From assembly GCF_009914755.1 (NCBI RefSeq), contig NC_060934.1: 64,000 nt of DNA; one strand, written 5' to 3'. The translations under genes and the position numbers were made by a program. The DNA is from the human T2T-CHM13v2.0 reference genome, Homo sapiens. Under the pieces are notes generated by a model that saw only the letters and a program-made list of their open reading frames with translations, searched no databases and was not told the DNA's origin. Numbering within the stretch: position 1 is the stretch's first letter; each line of letters starts with the position of its first letter. Below are positions 1-22,805 of the stretch, piece by piece.

Positions 1-5568
<5,568 letters not shown>

Positions 5569-5896
5569 TAGGAGTTTTATAACTTGCAATAGTTCCTAAG
5601 AAAAATACCATTTTACCGGGGCAAACTATGGTAGATTCTTAGTCTTCTCTTTGGTGGTGGCCTCTGTGATCTCTTTGGAATAGCTCAAGAATGCTGTCTT
5701 TTGGTCTTCCTTCTTGGAATGTCTCAGGACAGGTGACATAGGACACTGAGCTGGAAGATGCACAGACACAGGGAACTGTTTTCTAAACTCAGGTGTCATT
5801 ACTGCTCTGAAAGCAGCTTCTAAATGGAGAAAACAAATCCAACTGGAGCAGGAGTAACCACATCCCCTTCCATCTTTCACCGTATTAGATGAAGAC

Positions 5897-6175
5897 TTTT
5901 TTTTTTGAGACAGGATCTCACTCTGTCACCCAGGCTGGCTCACTGCAACCTCCCCCTCCTAGGCTCAAGCAATCCTCCCACCTCAGCCTCCTGAGTAGCT
6001 AGGAGGCTACAGCTACAACTACAAGCACCTGCCACCACGTTCGGCTAATTTTTTGTAGAGACAGGGTTTCTCAATGTTGCCTAGGCTGGTCTCCAACTCG
6101 TGAGCTCAAGCAGTCCTCCCATGCCAGCTTCCCTAGGTGCTGGGATTACAGGCATGAGCCACGGTGGCCTGCCCA
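5897..6175 (-). mobile_element. Alu (AluJ-like, degenerate)
   Basis: Reverse-complement Alu with small deletions. Confidence 0.9.
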
Positions 6176-6254
6176 AGACATTTTTTTTAAATGAGAGATT
6201 TTAAAAGCTTAGCAATGAGAGAATAAACCCAACAGGTCTACCATTCCAACTCAC

Positions 6255-6848
<594 letters not shown>

Positions 6849-7364
6849 GGAATCAAATCTTTTCTTCTGGAGTTCTTTTAATGCTTTTAATCCAAGGTCC
6901 CAGCTCTCATGCTCACTTGAACTAACTCTCCCTCCCCCTCCCCCTCTCCCACTCCCTCAGCTTTTATAGATTTTTCTACAATACTTTCTCCTTACCCTTG
7001 TTAAAGCATTTGTTATCACTTCCATCCTTTACTGTTTAATCTTTCTCATAAGCACAAATACGAGTGCACACACATACACACACTCACATGAGTTCCCCGT
7101 GCCGGCTGCAAGTCTGGGTGCTGTTTTACTCAGCTATCTACGTTAGACCTGTGTTCCTGTTATTCCACAATATTACCACATTCCAGGAGGAGAAACCATT
7201 TTATTGTCTATTTCTTATTTTGATCCACATATCACATTAAAATGGAGCAAAAGAAAGGGTCTCAAACAGACAATATGAGTGCCTTCTTTAAGATGCTGGC
7301 CCTATAGAAATAGATTTCATGTTTTCCAAAGAGGACCCGGTACAGCCCAGCCGCGGCCAGTCAC

Positions 7365-7384
7365 TTGGCGCCATCTGCTGGACA
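7365..7384 (-). promoter_or_regulatory. Strong CTCF motif
   Basis: Minus strand TGTCCAGCAGATGGCGCCAA matches the core CCASYAGRKGGCRS, in a small CpG-containing unique patch. Confidence 0.7.
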
Positions 7385-8125
7385 TGGACAAACAATCGTA
7401 GGCGGGGAACATCAGAACTGACGCATAGGTGCCCACTGCAAACCTGGCTCCCTGATGAACGAATGGTTTCCCACTGAAACGAGGCTTTACATCCCTTTAT
7501 AACAAATCATCTCTCCAACTTCTTATCAATATCTCAGAAGCTAGGGAGTCTTTTCCACTATGGTTTTCCTATTTCCTCTGCTGGTGCATAAAGTGCCTTT
7601 GCTTTGTTTAACAAGCAATAAACAACTTTTTGTTTTGCGTATCACTGTATCCCCAGCATCCTGCATAGTGACTGGCACATGTAGGAGCTCCAAAATCAGT
7701 GGGTATTTTTGTTTCTTTGGCTTTTAAACGAAATAATAAGTGATTGATATCTGAGTCGGGGAAGATGACACACAGATACTCCTATTTTCATCAGACACGT
7801 TTGTTTTTTTGTTTTTTTTTCTAGACGTCCCAGCCTGGGTAGGTGGGTAATGGTTTAGAAGCTCCTAAGGATGAACCTCTTCCCACCGCTAAAGTATTGA
7901 ATCTGCTAAAAATAAGGGAAGAAACACTAATAAATAAATAAATAAACCAGGAAAAAACCCTTGTGGGGAGGGGAGACAGGAAGGAATAAAGACTTTGCAT
8001 TATAGATTCTCCATGAAACCTGGCCTAGAATTGGATGAGCCTTCAATGCTCAATACACTTTTCAAAAATTGATGATTAACCAATTTGCTCAGTGCAATGG
8101 TTAATTTTATGTATCGATGTGGGTA

Positions 8126-8445
<320 letters not shown>

Positions 8446-9291
8446 CTAAAATAATAGGGAAGCAGGTATCAGGGAAATAGGGAAGCAAAGGAGGCAGGTC
8501 TCGATGGCTAACTCAGTATGGGCAGAAGAGTCAAAGCTGCCTCCAAATTTCTAACTTAGCAAATGGGCAAATGTTGATGGCTGGAATTAAAACGAAAAAT
8601 AGAGAGGATAAAGCAATTCAGCCAACAGTAATACATTTAGGATTGTTGTCAGAGGCATTCAAACCAGAGCAACTCCACCTTGGGTGAGGACTAGGAAAAA
8701 TGAGGCTGGGACTTGCTGGGCTGCCCTCCCCGAAAGTTAGATATTCCTAGCCTCTAGATGTTTGTGGCTAAGGAAACAGATTGATAACCTTTACTAAACA
8801 GACCCAGACGTAGGAGTGTCCTGTGTAGAAAGCAAAAAGTTTCTTCCTCAAAGTTTCCCTTGTTAAAGAATAAATCATAAGTGTTAGAAGTAATAGTTCC
8901 TTTTAAAGACTAACTTCCTTCAAGCCTCCTTGCTTTGTGCTAATAACTCTTTGTTAAGCCCTATCATATGTAGTTATTAAACATGCTCACAGGCACATAG
9001 TACATTCTATGTCCTTGTACTTTAACCAAGATATCTGTGCTGGACATGCTCACAGGCATGTCCCAGCTCGCAGCCTATGCCCCTTCCTTATTTGGGAATG
9101 TTATTACTTTTCTAAGTCCTTTAGTAAGCAACTTCCTCCTTTCCCTTGTTCTCCATTGCTTTCACCTATTTACAGAAGTTTTAAATTGTCAGCCAATCGG
9201 GTTCAGTTTATATTGTGAGGTCTGGCTCCAGCCAATGGAGACAGGACAGAGTAGCAGGGACAAGCTGCATAAGGGACAAAAATTGCTTCCC

Positions 9292-11384
<2,093 letters not shown>

Positions 11385-13555
11385 AAAAATTGCTTCCCTT
11401 CTTTATTCAGGTGTGTTGTCACCATTATTCCATCTGCGAGGAGCACCCTTTCTGCAGAAAGTAAAATTACCTTGCTGAGAAAACTTTTTGTCTAAATGCT
11501 GATTTTTCCTTATGGTACCAAGGAACAAGCATTCTGTTTTTGAATAAACAATTTACATATAACAAAATGGTGGCACATATGGGGATACATTCCCCTCCGG
11601 GGGTGGTCTCTAGTCCTCTCTCATGAGGAGGCGCGCGTTGTGGTGGCCTTAGGGGTAAGGAATCGAGACCCACGTGGTGTGATGAATAAACCCGGACTCT
11701 CAGCAACGCAGAAGGAAGCTGGCTGTGACCTGGAGTAAAGGATCCTCACGTACCACGTGGACCGGGTGACCTCATGCATGAGCCAAGGAAGGGAACACTG
11801 GAGGAGCCAGTAAAGCATTCCTTAGTCAGGCAGGACTAAAGCGGGGCCATAAAGCATTCCTTGGTTGGGACACATACCAAGGCAAGAGAAACAGCAGGAG
11901 CGGTAAAGCATTCCTTAGGTCAGGACTGAGAAAAGAAAAGCCACGGGGTTGGGGGGAGAATGGGGGTGGCGGTGAAGTATTCCTTAGACAGAATGTCTTA
12001 GAGGTTAAAAAGAGGTGAAAAATCCCCATTAGGGGAAGATTAAACATCACACAAACGTCCAGTAGTAAAAAGGATATTCAAAACTTCCCTTTCCCCTCTT
12101 CTCAGGGGAAGAAAGAGGCTAAGCTCCATTCCCACTGCCACTCCCTAGGGAAAGGGGGAGGAGAAGAGAGAGCAGCAGCGTGGGTGGCTGGCAGAGGCAG
12201 GGAAGAGCAGCAGAGAGAGAAAAAGGCAGAGACAGAAAGCAAAAATCTTTTGGCAAAGTTCCAAAGTTCTCTAGACGAGGTTAAAAAAAGAAAGGGAACT
12301 CAAGAATGCAAAGAGAAAGAAGGCAAGGTAGGTACTTTAAAGAAGAAGGTCAAAGAAAGTGCTATAAGGGCTGTGGATGTAAAGATAAGGAGGGAAGACA
12401 AGGGGGCCCTCTGGCCCAGGGTTAACGACTCAAACAACTTGAACCTGGCATCTGCCGAGCCTCTGGGCCGATGGCAGCCCTGGGCCCAGACTGCAGCCGC
12501 ATGGATCCCACCCAGCCCAAGAGACTGAGTGTAAGGGAGAGAGGAAACGGGATGGCAAAGAGAGAGAGAGAGAGCGAGAGCGAGCAAATGAAAGAGAGAT
12601 AGAGGGAGAGAATAAGTGACAGACTGGAAGAGACAATGATCAGAGAAAGACACAGAAGGTAAGACTAGGAAGAGAAATAGTGTAAAAGGAAGTCAGAAAG
12701 TTAAAGCATGTCAAAGATTGTCTGTGAAAGCCATAAAAAATGTTACAAAAGAGAATTTATGCAAGAAATGTTGTATAATTTAAAAGTAATTAGGCCTCCT
12801 GAATGTAAAACTATTAAAGGAACAGTTTATGTGCAAGATATGTAAGGAAAATAAAATATACTTTTAGTAAAAGGATTATAAGGAGGCATAAGAATATCAA
12901 TTTTTACCTACATTAAAAGGTTAAAAAAAGGTGCTAAAGAAAATTCAAAAGAAAAATAAATATTGCTAAACCAAAGGGAAATATTATCCAACCCCTTATA
13001 AAGAAAATCTTATTCCAACTGCATCAAAGAACCCATTAGGGGCCCTCCAGCGCAGAGTTAATACCAACAAGTTTCCACCTCCAGTGGCTCCTAGACAGGC
13101 CAGGGTACAAGCCAGCAGGGGGACCTAGCCATGGACAGACACTTCCTGTGTCAGGGAGGGGGCCAGGCAGTCGTTAGACAGCACAGCCCAGCCCAAGGCC
13201 AGAGGCCAGACAGTGGGGGCTTGGGCAGGAGCAAAGTCTAGGGTTGGCCGGGTGAGTCACAAGGCCCCTCATCCCCAAGGCCGAAACGCACAGGGGTGAT
13301 GAGGGCCACAGAGAGGCCGAGACCTCGAGAGAGGGGCAGGGCCACCAGGTCCCCTAGGCAACACTAAGTAGGGATGGGGCAGGAGGCATCACCATGGGGC
13401 CTCAAGCCCCAAGATATGCAAAGTCCTGACAAAATAAGAAGCCCCAAAGGGTCCCTCAGAAACAACTAAGTAAACATTTTTAAAAAAGGAAATTTCTCAA
13501 CAAGAAGACACTAGGAACTATAAAGTAAAAAAAAAAAAAAAAAAATACCTATAGG

Positions 13556-13920
13556 TTGCCTTACTTACATTCCACTGCTGATGTCCCCACATTTAAAACA
13601 AAAGATCAGTTTCTCAGAAATTATATACTTGGTTTATCTTCCACTTTCCCTTCCCTCAGAACTAAGTCTTTTAGCACAGGTACCACCCCTAGAATTTCCA
13701 GTACACCAGCACCAGCCTGGAAACCACATCCTCATCAAAGGTCAGAAAGAAGAAAAACTTGAGCCAGCCTGGGAAGGACCCTACCTTGTGCTGCTAACCA
13801 CTGAGACTGCCGTTCACACAGCAGAAAAGGATGGACACATCATACCTGCGTCAAGAAAGCATCATCACCATCAGAGTCATGGGCCATTGTTCCAGGGTCA
13901 AGCCCTACCAAGTTAAAGCT
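13556..13920 (+). pseudogene. HERV-I pol (integrase C-terminus) remnant
   Basis: Translation KLEPAWEGPYLVLLTTETAV is the gammaretroviral integrase GPY/F module; frameshifted. Confidence 0.8.
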
Positions 13921-14390
13921 ACGAAAACTTAATCTATCTTCTCTTTTTATTTTCTTCCCTTTAACTACTCTCCATCTTATTAAGGTAACTAAATCTAACT
14001 CACCTCAAGTTATTACTTTTAATGCCTGTTTAGTTATCACTCCTCCCAGACACAATGACAAGACCAAAGTCTCTATAGTAAAAGTAAAAAACCTAAGGCA
14101 AACAAGAACAATTGAGACAAGGTATCAGGATGTAAATGCCTGGCTAAAATGGATTAAATATTCCATCTGCACTCTAAATAAATGCAATCGTTACGCTTGT
14201 GTGCATGGTAGGCCAGAGGTCCAGGTTGTCCCCTTTCCACTCAGATAATCCTCTAATCGACAAGACATGGACTTCCTGGTAGCTCTTTTTCAAAATCCTA
14301 CAGCCTGTGACAGTGAACTGTGCCAAACTCTCTCTGCTATTTCCTAAAATGCAGTACCCTGTGGGTCAGCCCCCGAGGGCCATCCAGCCT

Positions 14391-15378
14391 TGTAGGGACC
14401 GGCCCTACAGGGTCTGTGGGTCTTTCACCCTGTGTGCAGAGACAAGAGATCATAGAAATAAAGACACAAGACAAAGTGATAGAAGAAAAGACAGCTGGGC
14501 CCAGGGGACCACTACCACCAAGATGCGGAGACTGATAGTGACCCCAAATGCCAGGCTGTGCTGTTATTTATTGGATACAAGACAAGGGGGCAGGGTAAGG
14601 AGTGTGAGCCATCTCCAATGATAGGTAAGGTCACGTGGGTCACATGTCCACTGGACAGGCGGCCCTTCCCTGTTTGACAGCCAAGGCGGAGAGAGAGGAC
14701 ACAGCTTACGCCATTATTTCTGCATATCAGAGACTTTTAGTACTTTCACTAATTCTGCTACTGCTATCTAGAAGGCAGAGCCAGGTATACAGGGTGGAAC
14801 ATGAAAGTGGACCAGGAGCGTGACCGCTGAAGCACAGCATCACAGGGAGACGTTTAGGCCTCTGGATGGCTGCGGGCAGGCCTGTCTGATGTCAGGCCTT
14901 CCACAAGAGGTGGTGGAGCAGAGTCTTCTCTAACTCCCCTGGGGAAAGGGAGACTCCCTTTCCTGGTTTGCTAAGTAACGGGTGCCTTCCCTAGGCACTG
15001 ACATTACTGCTAGACCAAGGTCAGCTAAGTAACGGTTGCCTTCCCAGGCACTGGTGTTACCGCTAGACCAAGGAGCCCTCTAGTGGCCCTATCCGGGCGT
15101 GACAGAGGGCTCACACTTGCCTTCTGGTCACTTCTCACTGTGCCCCTTCAGCTCCTATGGCCTGGTTTTTCCTAGGTTATAATTGTAGAACAGAAATTAT
15201 TATAACAGTGGAATAAAGAGTAATGCTACAAACTAATGATTAATAATATTCATATATAATCATATCTATATCCTATTTCTAGTACAACTATTCCTCTTCT
15301 ATGTGTTTTCTTTATTATACTGGAACAGCTTGTGCCCTCGGTCTCTTGCCTCAGCACCTGGATGGCTTGCTGCCCACA
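14391..15378 (-). mobile_element. LTR13 solo LTR (class II, HERV-K13/HML-4)
   Basis: Minus strand starts TGTGGGCAGCAAGCCATCCAGGTGCTGAGGCAAGAGACCGAGGGCAC and ends ...CCCTACA. 6-bp TSD CAGCCT at 14385-14390 and 15379-15384. Confidence 0.88.
15073..15088 (-). promoter_or_regulatory. CTCF motif carried by LTR13
   Basis: Minus strand GGCCACTAGAGGGCTC. Confidence 0.6.
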
Positions 15379-16629
15379 CAGCCTCCATCTTTCAAGACCA
15401 ATTTTACCTCATTTCTCCAACGACAAGGGGAAAATTTGGCATTCCTTGGAGACTTAACAAGCAGTGAGTTCAGGCACTTCCAAGAGCTGACCCATCAGTC
15501 CACCATTATTCATCACCAAGCAGATGTATGGTAGTATTGTAGAGGACCTTTACTGGACATTCTGCCAAACAATTAGAGCAGTACTTGCACTCTAGTTCAA
15601 TTGGCTATCCCTTTTACCCTGGCATTTCATCAACCAGAAAAGCTTTTTCTTTTAAAAACTCAAGCAAAATAGCTAGAACAAGACATGTTAAGAAAGTTTG
15701 CAGAGGAAAAAACTATGAAATCAAGAGGAGGGAACCGTAGAAAGTACAAAGTTTCCTCTTCACAGTTTCCCTTTTTGTTAAAGAATAAATCATAAGTGTT
15801 AGAAATAATAGTTTCTTTTAAAGACTAACTTCCTTCAAGCTTCCTTGATTTGTGCTAATAACTCTTTGTTAAGCCCTATCCTATGTAGCTGTTAAATGTG
15901 CTCACAGGCACATAGTACATTCTATGTCCTTGTACTTTAACCAAGATATCTGTGCTGGAGGTGCTCACAGGCATGTCCCAGCTCACAGCCTATGCCCCTT
16001 CCTTATTTGGGAATGTTATTACTTTTCTAAGTCCTTTCGTAAGCAACTTCCTCTTTTCCTTTGTTCTCCATTGCTTTTACCTATTTAGAGAAGTTTTAAA
16101 TTGTCAGCCAATTGGGTTCAGTTTAGATTGTGAGGTCTGGCTCCAGCCAATGGAGACAGGACAGAGTAGCAGGGACAAGCTGCGTAAGGGATAAAAATTG
16201 CTTCCCTCCTTTATTCAGGTGTGCTCTTGCCATTTTTCCATCTGCGAGGAGCACCCTTTCTGCAGAAAGTAAAATAACCTTGCTGAGAAAACTTTTTGTC
16301 TAAATGCTGATTTTTTTTTCCTTATGGTACCAAGGAACAAGCATTCTGTTTCTGAATAAACATTTTATATATAACATCCTGATATCCCAATATCTTGAGA
16401 ACAGAAGCATTCCTAATTTTGCTTTAAAGATAGTAATATCGATTCTTGCAAGATATAGTCATTAAGAAAATTAATCCTTTATCACAAACCCTTGTAGCAG
16501 AGCACATCTCCCCATGATCTTCTTTATCCTACATAAATGAGTATTATACCTAGGGTGGACATGTTTCTTCTTCTGCCTTCGGGAACGCCCTACCCTGTCT
16601 ATGGAGTAGCCATCTTTCACCACTCTACC

Positions 16630-16630
<1 letters not shown>

Positions 16631-16660
<30 letters not shown>

Positions 16661-16943
16661 AGACAGCATTTCACTCTTGTTGCCCAGGCTGGAATGCAGT
16701 GGCACAATCTCTGCTCACCACAACCTCCTCCACCTCTCGGGTTCAAGCGATTCTTGTGCCTCAGCCTCTCAAGTAGCTGAGATTACAGGGATGCACCACC
16801 ACACCTGGCTAATTTTGTATTTTTAATAGAGACAGGGTTCTCCATGTTGGTCAGTCTGGTCTCGAACTCCTGACCTTAGGTGATCCACTCGCCTCGGCCT
16901 CCCAAAGTGCTGGGATTACAGGCATGAGCCACCGCGCCCGGCC
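16631..16943 (-). mobile_element. Alu inserted in the MER41 3' half
   Basis: Reverse-complement Alu with poly-T. Confidence 0.95.
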
Positions 16944-18041
16944 CCACTTTACTTTCTCAATAAACTTGCTTTTGCTTTGCACTGTGGACTCACCCTGAAT
17001 TCTTTCTTGCACGAGATCCAATAACCCTCTCTTGGGGTCTAGATCGGGACTCCTTTCCAGTAACATTGTGAGATCCTGATTTTGAGATGCCCAGAAAGTT
17101 GCCAGCAATCAGTGGATTACAGAGGTCTGAAGATGTGGGGAGGAGGTGAGCAAAGCCATGAGAAGGAGTGAGATTGTCTAGGGAGAGGAAGGAGAGCACA
17201 GTATGGGTGCAGGGGCCAGGCTTGTGTGGACACATCTGGAAAATGCTAGAGCACCCCATTAGCAGGTGACGTTCCCCAACAGAAAATCACGCCCTCCAAC
17301 CAAGCCTTTGTCAGTCACATACAAAAAAGTTTTAAATCTCTCATCTGCCTTTCTCTGGTTTCACACTTGTTCAGAACCCAGGCAGGGAAGAAGAGAACTA
17401 TTTTCTGAGGCCCCCTGAAGATCCTGACAACAAAGAGAATAGTTGAAGTGTCAATATCCTTCCTTCCAGAAAGTGTTCTGGCTTCCAGGCAAACTGCCAC
17501 CACCACCCCAGCAACCTGAGATCAAGGCACTGGAGTCTGCCTAGCAAGCCTGGGTCCCAGCCCCAGCCAAGGGAATATTGAGTGAGCGTGCTGTTGTGTG
17601 CGCACCCCAGAAACTTTACGGCTCTGTCACTAAAGGGAGCCACTCCAGTGGTTCTTCCCAAAGAAGTCAGCTTCAAGATGACTCAGTGTCCCCATGCCAG
17701 AAATAGAAATGGCTGGCAACTTTCACATGTCAGTTTCTTCTGCTAACAACAATTCCACACCCTGTTACATGCCCATTGAATTTAACAACGGGAGGTCCTT
17801 AGCGATTTTGGACACAGCAGATGGATTTTCAGTCCAAAGCATTCAGGAAGCACTGAAATCCGTGACCCCATCCCCACCTCCGTTGTGGGGCTTTGTAATG
17901 CATATCAGCATATTGAAGACCGTGGAAAGCAGTCTCCAACATTTTGTTTAATTCAAACTTTTTGATCCATAATCCTCCCTCCTTTCCAGGCAGAAAACTT
18001 TCAAATATTCCATAAAACATCAGAAATTCAAGGGACCATGA

Positions 18042-18348
18042 GGCCAGGTGCAGTGGCTCATGCCTATAATCCCAGCACTTTGGGAGGCCAAGGTGGGCAG
18101 ATCACCTGAGGTCAGGAGTTTGAGACAAGCCTGGCCAACATGGCGAAACCCCATCTCTATTAAAAACATAAAAATTAGCTAGGTGTGGTGGTAGATGCCT
18201 GTAATCCCAGCTACTCAGGAGGTTGAGGCAGGAGAATCACTTGAATCCGGGAGCTGGGGGTTGCAGTGAGCCAAAATTGTGCAACTGCACTCCAGCCTGG
18301 GTGACAGAGAGAGACTCCCTCTTAAAAAAAAAAAAAAGAAAGAAAGAA
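18042..18348 (+). mobile_element. Alu (AluS)
   Basis: Full Alu; TSD AGAAATTCAAG(G/A)GACCA. Confidence 0.95.
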
Positions 18349-18815
18349 ATTCAAGAGACCAAGTATATATTGAAGAAGTTTGGATGAAAAGATAATTAAT
18401 TAGAAAAAGTGGTCATAAAGGGAAAATATGAACCAAGAGAGGCCTTGTTATTTAGTGATTATTTTTAGATTGGTAGAAACTTCCATATGTTCTTAGGCCA
18501 AGGGAAGCAGGAAAGATGGCGCATATGAGAAACAGAATAATTCATGGAGCCAGGCCCTTTGGGGATTTATAATCAAGTAGCTTTTACTTGGTAAATACTT
18601 CTTATATGAATAACAAATGAAAGGAAGTGAAACCCAAAATTTGTAAGTTTCAAATGCAAAGTAGATGAATAATCATTCTTTTGAGATATTTCCAAAGTTA
18701 GCATAACAATTCCAAGTCATTGAGTAAATATTCACATCAATATTTAAGATTTAAGGCAATTGTTTGGAATATTTTGGGAGTTATGAATAAAACTCTGAAT
18801 CCTCTCTGCAAAAGG

Positions 18816-19102
18816 TTTCTTTCTTTTTTTTGAGATGGAGTCTTGCTCTGTCACCCAGGCTGAAGTGCAGTGGCACAATCTCAGCTCACCGCAACCTCCG
18901 CCTCCCGGTTCTCCTGCCTCAGCCTCCCCAGCAGCTGGGATTACAGGCACATGCCACCACGCCCCACTAATTTTTTGTATTTTTAGTAGAGACGGGGTTT
19001 CACCGTGTTAGCCAGGATGGTCTCGATCTCCTGACCTCGTGACGCGCCTGCCTCAGCCTCCCAAAGTGCTAGGATTACAGGCATGAGCCCCTGCGCCCGG
19101 CC
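18816..19102 (-). mobile_element. Alu (AluSc/Y-like)
   Basis: Reverse-complement Alu; TSD TCTG(C/T)AAAAGGTTTCT. Confidence 0.95.
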
Positions 19103-19472
19103 TCTGTAAAAGGTTTCTACGATGAGTTTCAGGGAATTCAATCCTAGTTTTCAAATTTGTCACCAAAGCTGTGGTTGGTCCAGGGGGTCAGGAAGCGGCA
19201 CCTGCCACCCAGAGGTGAGTAAAATGCAGAAAACCACTGCCAGTAGTCCCAGATGCCTACAAGCCCTGGGCTAATAACAGTTAAGGAAACATGAAAGGGG
19301 CTGCAGATTCATCTGTTGGAAGCCCACACACCTGTTGCAGCCTCAGCTTTTCAAACCTGGCACAGACACATCTTCTCAGCTGTATCCTAAAGCCTGTTGG
19401 CAAAGGCATTTCAGAAATATAGTCCCTAGGCTTCTAAGGCCTAAGATACAGAGAAGAGCATAAAAGGTGCTA

Positions 19473-19850
<378 letters not shown>

Positions 19851-21087
19851 TTAGCAGTGCACCTTATAACAGAAGACCAGATAGAAGGCTAAAAACCAGC
19901 ACAAGAGAAGTCTGGACCCTGGAAATGGGCGGGTGAGATCGAAGCACAGAAGGGCTATGGAAGTCTGGGGAAAAACAGGAGGTCCTAAGGGGTAGAAGTT
20001 TTCCTCCCTACTATAAAAGGATAAGCTATGTTGGGGCTTATCCTTAGATACTTAGAAGATGATACTTAGAAGTATCATCTAAGGTCAGTGGAGAAACTGG
20101 CGCAGAGAGCTAGGAGCATAGAGAAGCCATAGCCGCCGCTTTCCTATGTACTCTGCAATGGGCTGGAATGCTTTTCTACAGCCTGAAGGTAAGAGATCTA
20201 CAAGGTTGGTGCAGTAGCAATTGTGGTCCTCCAGACTTTGGATGTGCTCACATTAGGAAGCTTTTGGCAAGGACTTCACGGATAGCATTGCAAGCTGAGG
20301 ATCTGTATAAAATGATCAGATCCAGGATTCCACTAGTTGGTAAAAAGTCTTTGTGTGCGTTTGAGAAAGGAGTTACTTCCTTGGGAAGACGCAGCTTCAC
20401 ACCAAAGTGCATGACTTGGCATGCTTCAGCCTGCATTCATCCCCTTGGGGATGCAGTGAACAGCCTGCACAACTGTACACAGCCGCCCCAGTCAAATCCT
20501 AGCAAAAGACTAATCTACAGTAAATTTATGTTAGCAAACTTAGATACAAGAATTTTGACTCACCATTGAGTCATTGTAAAAGTAGTGTTGGTTTTAGTTA
20601 TCATTAAAAAGACTCAACAATTTAGAAATAATGTTGAGAAGGATAAAAAAAAATTAACATGCTGCTCTAAAGATAGAAAGAATCTAATTCTATTGGAGAG
20701 CTGTAACTCTTAGAATAAATGAAAAGGAAACGTGAATTGAGCAAACCAGTGTTGATAAACACAAGAAAGGGACGTCATAAAATGACATCGCCCCAAATCC
20801 AGCAGAGTCAATATCATCAAACTATAATTAGCACAAGTCTCCAAGGAGCATGAATCATATTGAGAAATAGGTTTTTGATCTTGAAAAGTAGTATGAGAAC
20901 TAGAGATGAAAACTAAGCTGTAGATGGCACACTGCAAAAAATTGAGGCTACCGAGGGAATGGAATGAGACAGGCTGCCGCTCACCTGCCTGCCCTGTCTC
21001 CAAAAGCACAGGCAAAAGAAGCAAATGAGGCGTTAAGCAGCATTAAGGAGACAAGACGGAAAGGAGGAAAGCATTTTTAAAAAATTA

Positions 21088-21393
<306 letters not shown>

Positions 21394-21574
21394 AATATTA
21401 ACTGGATATTGAGATATATGTAGAACAGGTCTACGACAAATTCCCTCCTCAAATTCTCCAGGTTCTGATTCAGATCCAAAAACTACACAGCGGACCATAT
21501 AAAATACATCTTAGAGCTTACAGATAGTGGCTGACTCTTTAGAAAGAGTCGTCTTAAAGTAGTAACTTTATTTG

Positions 21575-21690
21575 TTTAACACTTATTTATGAATATTTAT
21601 AAATGAACACTTATGAATATTTGTAAGTGAACACTTATTTATGAATATTTGTAAGTGAACATTTCTTTATGTTTAACACTTATTATGAAT
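21575..21690. repeat. AT-rich minisatellite (unit of about 24-28 nt, AACACTTATTTATGAATATTTGTAAGTG)
   Basis: 3-4 imperfect tandem copies visible. Confidence 0.8.
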
Positions 21691-22019
21691 TCTTTATATG
21701 AATCATATAAAGAATGCAAGTAAACAACTTAGTACTATTGTTATATTCTTTGAAGTTGCTGGGACTATTGTCCCATCACTTGATTAGAGTCTTCAATTCT
21801 CAAACTTGCTTTTCTGTCCCCATTCCTCGGGGTACTCTGGCCCCGGACACCTTCAATGCCCTCTCCTTCCTGATACTTTTCCTCACTTGACTTCGGGGAC
21901 ATTGCTCTCTCCTAGTTTCGCTTTCTCTTATCTGGATGCTCCCTCTTCTCTCCTCTCCAACTTTTTATTTTCTTTCAGCACCCCCCCTTAAATTGGAGGA
22001 ATTCTCTAGAATTCAGCCA

Positions 22020-22805
<786 letters not shown>

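Larger units (their letters stand above)
13980..15640 (+). pseudogene. HERV-I env (SU) remnant, interrupted by LTR13, with several stop codons
   Basis: Translations YACVHGRPEVQVVPFPL and ADVW*YCRGPLLDILPNN*SSTCTLVQLAIPFTLAF resemble class I ERV SU. Confidence 0.7.

Noticed and set aside
8720-8740. Possible STAT1 GAS site in MER41 explaining interferon induction
   Set aside because: Reads CTCCCCGAA rather than TTCNNNGAA, and this does not look like the tandem-GAS MER41B type
20168-20569. 133-aa (+) and 62-aa (-) ORFs in seemingly unique DNA
   Set aside because: No convincing homology or splice context. CQVMHFG faintly resembles CR1/L2 RT, so this is more likely an ancient LINE remnant.
21575-21690. 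Repeat units resembling a CRISPR-like array
   Set aside because: No unique spacers; eukaryotic minisatellite
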